From positions 1-64,000 of the forward strand of contig DF237124.1 of NCBI GenBank assembly GCA_000708835.1: a stretch of 64,000 nucleotides of DNA, given 5' to 3'. Below, piece after piece: positions 60,384 to 64,000 of this stretch. Position 1 is the stretch's first letter. Each line of letters begins with the position of its first letter. The DNA comes from Klebsormidium nitens. Lineage: Eukaryota; Plantae; Klebsormidiophyceae. The translations under genes were made by a program, and so were the position numbers. The notes beneath the pieces are model-generated. The model searched no databases and was not told the DNA's origin. It was given only the letters and a program-made list of their open reading frames with translations.

Positions 60384-62354
60384 TCAGTCAACGACTGTCC
60401 CAAGTGCGCGGAAAACCCAGAAAAGGCGAGGGGCCCAGAAGTCGTCCCAATGGGAGCCCGAGAGTTTCTCAGTGGCTTCTTGTGCCACTGGCTGGGGTGT
60501 CTCAACCAAGCTTCCGCTAGGAATCTCGGCTGAGACTCCCTTTGCAGTTGCTTGCATCTCCTCTGCCACTGTAGCAGACACCGAGAGTGTTTGAGCAAAG
60601 CTCGACTCCTCTACGTGGTCCGGTTCAGGGTGCGAGGAGCCCCTCTCCTTCCGAGCCTCCATAGTACCTGTAAGCTCAAAAGGGACTGAATCACCTTTGT
60701 AGGAAATGCGATTAGCGATTCATTTATACAGGTTGCTTGCTGTGGCAGGCTGATTCCCCCTTGTTTCTTGAATTCCACCTGTGCAGACATGACGGGAGAC
60801 TTCCAAGCTGAGCCGTGGCAGCAAGGAAGTTGACTTGAGAAACTTCGTATCAGCTGCCGCTCTGCTGGAAGTAGCAAATTTCCAACAAGAAACTTTTTTT
60901 CAGCTTGATTGAGTAGATCAGCAGCTTCTAAGTCAAGCATTTGCAAGAATCGACGGGCTTTATTGAGGTATTTGTATGCAGACACTCATCTTCCCCTTTC
61001 CTGTGGTACCAACAACGTACAGGCACCAATCCTCCTCCAAGTTTCTTAAGGTTATCGAGTCAGCAAAGTGCATATGGATGTTGGGGGATGCCGCTATCAT
61101 TGCCATCATGCCAGCTGGCGCTTTAGAATGCAGATGATTTGCAGCATATGTCTCTCTGCCACATCTGTGGCTCCTTTGCTGTTCACTTAGCAAAAATCAG
61201 CTTCGGCCAGGAGTTATTCTGAGATCATGGCACTTGCTATTCCAGCAAGATGTGGTTAAGGCAGTACAGAGGCAAAACCGGCAAAGCAAGTGAAAGAATC
61301 GAATCACAAGCGGTTGTGTCTGGTCGGAGTGGCACTGAAAGTAGGAAGACACTGTTGTGAGTATGTAAGCTTCAATCATGCAGAAAAGCCGGTCGATGGT
61401 GGCAAACCATTCCTGTAGATGGAGGCAATACTGCTGGCCAGTGCCCGATTTTGAGAGACAGAACTGCCCATGATGACATCTTAAGAATAAAACAAAAGAA
61501 AAAACCACTTTTGAGTTTTCTATTTTGACTTAAAGACCTCGAGAGCCAGAGGTCAGAAGCGTGATCAGTCCATTAGCAGGTTAGCTTGCCCACGGTGACT
61601 GAACAGACAATAAATGCATGCAAAGTGTATCGATTCCGCGTACTATGGTGCTCTCAGAAGGAAGCTAAACGGACACCACTTTGCCCCTTGACATTTGCCC
61701 TTCCCCTGTGAGTATTTGCTGTAGCGAAGCACAGCAGGTGCATACGCCTTCCCTTTCCCAAAGCGACACAAACCACTGACCTATGTTTGTTCAAACACAA
61801 GCCATCGCCCTTTGAGTTGAATCAGACACACCCAAATTAGTACCATAACGCCACAACCCTGTATACCTCTGATAGGCAATGGCCTCAGCTTTGCCTTCCA
61901 TCTTTGACGTGATAAAGAGTCAAGTACTTGCTGATTAGTTCAGCGGACACTGAAGCTTTCAAGCAACCGGCTTTGCAATCCTAGAGTCAACATGAACATG
62001 TCTGGTGAGCATTGAACCATTCTATTTTCGCTTCAATACTGCACTTCTCACAGGAGGGAGGCGGAATCCAACCCTGCACTAGACGCGTTTCCTACCTGGT
62101 TTTGTCCTGACTTGAGCTCTTGGTGCAGGCCCACTCCTCAGCTTGGAAGGGACCACAGGACCGTGTTGCGGAATGGTGGCATGGCCCTGCCTGGCATGCT
62201 TCTTTGACTTCTCGTACCGGCTGTGTCTCTGGGTCTTACATACAATTGTGCACCCAGAGGACGGAGAAGCAAACCGCCGGGAAGAGGCCGGAGCTCTCAA
62301 GCAGGAGAGTTGAGTACTGCAGTCCAAAAGTGCACAACTGGCAGTGGCAGCCAT
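60384..62354 (-). CDS. hypothetical, probably plastid-targeted protein
   Basis: Exon 62354-62096 encodes a transit-peptide-like MAATASCALLDCSTQLSCLRAPASSRR... with a phase-1 donor. It joins a phase-1 acceptor near 60667 that leads to ...HWDDFWAPRLFWVFRALGTVVD*. Extra internal exons are possible. Confidence 0.5.
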
Positions 62355-63458
62355 GGGGAAACTTTAGCTGGACCGCTAGCTAGAGAATGGTCACAAACGC
62401 GACGATGAAAATCGGAGGGCTTCGCTGTCTTGACTTTCACAAATGGTGACCAGCCTGCTGGAACATGAATCATGATGGTCATGATGGAGGAGAAGCTGGC
62501 TGCTGTGCTCTTCTCTGAAGACTAGTCCTACAGCCTTCACACTTTGAACACGCCTGAATCAATGCTGTTGCTGGACACGTCAGGATGCGCGTTGAACCGT
62601 CCATTCTGGATATCTTGACTTATCGACGGTCAACATCTGAAACAGATATCTTGAACTCCGTATCCACCATGGCCGGGAAGTGCTCCAGCTACAGAAAGCC
62701 TGGCCCGGAGGGCAGTCAACCTAGGAGCTGGCCGGATGTTAGAATTTGACGTCATGCAGAGACGTTGTGATGGGCAAACGAAAGCTCTTTAGCCTTGGCC
62801 CTAGCTGGAGGATAATGCCATATACTTCCTAAGCTGAGAGATAGCATGGCAGGCCCGCCTAGTGGTGAGTCACAACTAGTTATAAACCCTTAGTGCAACG
62901 TCACTACAGCTATCTGACCATGGCACTCGACACTAGCTAAACCTAAAGAATCGCCCATGCAAGTGATTAAATTTCTGAGAAACTTTCACCAGATGTACGT
63001 CGCATGAATGACAATTTGCGAATCAAAGCTCTTGCACAGATGCTGGTTGCATGGCTGTGTGAGATGCGTTGTTTGCAAAAGGCTGCGTACCTTGTACTTC
63101 GTCCATGTGTAGAGCGGACAGATGATTGATGATCTAATTTCAACTTGAAGTAACAGCTTAGGAGTCCGCAGCTGTGACCTTTACTCTTACTTTTGGCATG
63201 CAACCCTTTCCGTGCTTTCCACGGACCTGAGAATCGAGTGCGAACACAAGTCGCTCTTGCCACTTGAAAGAGGACAACGAACGTGGGTGATTATCAGGAG
63301 ATGGGTATGCAAACGTTTGGATGGCAAAGATCACCATAGTGCGAGCGTGTATTGTTGCGTGAGCCTGTTGGTACCATAATGATTGTCAGACGTAAGATTA
63401 TTAGCATTTTCCACCGCCTGAAGCATTCAGTCAACTTCCTTCGCTTCAGCACACAAAA

Positions 63459-64000
63459 CTAGAAGAGCTCGGTGCTGTTGAACTTGTTGTATGCTTCCTG
63501 CAAAGCAGTAAAGAAGGGCTGCAGTCAAAAATTGCTGACAGAGATTACCAAAACCCGATAAAGCACCCCGAAAAGAATGTCAGGACAATCCATCACAATC
63601 CCCGGTAATATTTTGATTGAACGACAATTGACAGCAGACTTGAGAATGGAGATCAAATTGCTGCCAGTCCCTCGCCACGAACTCAGGGTTGCCTCGCACA
63701 TGAAAGCAACAACTTACCTTCAGCAGATCGAACACTTTGCCCGCAATATACTTCTGCTTGACGGTGGCCCCCTTCTGCTGGACCTTGTCCGGGTGCACCC
63801 TGAGAATCGCCTTTTGGTAGACCTTCTTCACAGAATTCCCCCTGGAGGCGAGGACAGAAAAGAGTGTGAAAAAGGTAGATTGCAGCCCTCCAATAGAAGT
63901 GACGATGAGCTGATGCACTTCTCGTAATGTGCTTGACAACTCTCCTTGTGAGATCAGCGACAGAGGCTTTCAGAGGATACATGGGCCACACTGTGCCAAA
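63459..64000 (-). CDS. auxilin-like J-domain protein, 3' part (gene continues beyond the window)
   Basis: Exons 63841-63718 ([39 protein letters not shown]) and 63497-63459 ([12 protein letters not shown]). HPD motif with a plant auxilin-type C-terminus. Confidence 0.88.

Noticed and set aside
60611-61508. ORFs 60611-60985 and 61197-61508 as separate genes
   Set aside because: No convincing splice phases or motifs; probably intron sequence of the 60384-62354 gene.
1-64000. tRNA, rRNA or snRNA genes
   Set aside because: I recognised no cloverleaf, T-loop or rRNA/snRNA signature by eye. tRNAscan-SE or Infernal would be needed to exclude small ncRNAs.

Overview
Intron-rich eukaryotic nuclear DNA with plant-type genes. 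It is most likely a streptophyte green alga of the Klebsormidium type; this is an inference from gene content and splice style, not a database result. I reconstructed about 14 spliced genes by hand from GT/GC-AG sites: BORCS6-like, MED4, two-domain GTP cyclohydrolase I, TDP2, a coiled-coil orphan, an F-box/LRR protein, an OBL1-type class-3 lipase, a DUF3626-like protein, a fused MTR-1-P isomerase/MTR kinase, a subgroup IVc bHLH, an acyl-protein thioesterase-like hydrolase, cytosolic aldolase, a plastid-targeted orphan and a partial auxilin-like J protein. The main find is one 12-exon, ~818-aa reading frame fusing the methionine-salvage enzymes MtnA/MRI1 and MtnK/MTK. It sits head-to-head with an iron-homeostasis-type bHLH gene and next to an intronless DUF3626-like CDS that starts with a myristoylation/S-acylation motif. 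The first 3.5 kb looks mobile-element derived: orphan genes, a Helitron-like hairpin+CTAG end, and a TIR-bounded MITE with TTCCGC repeats. I saw no rRNA, tRNA or CRISPR array.
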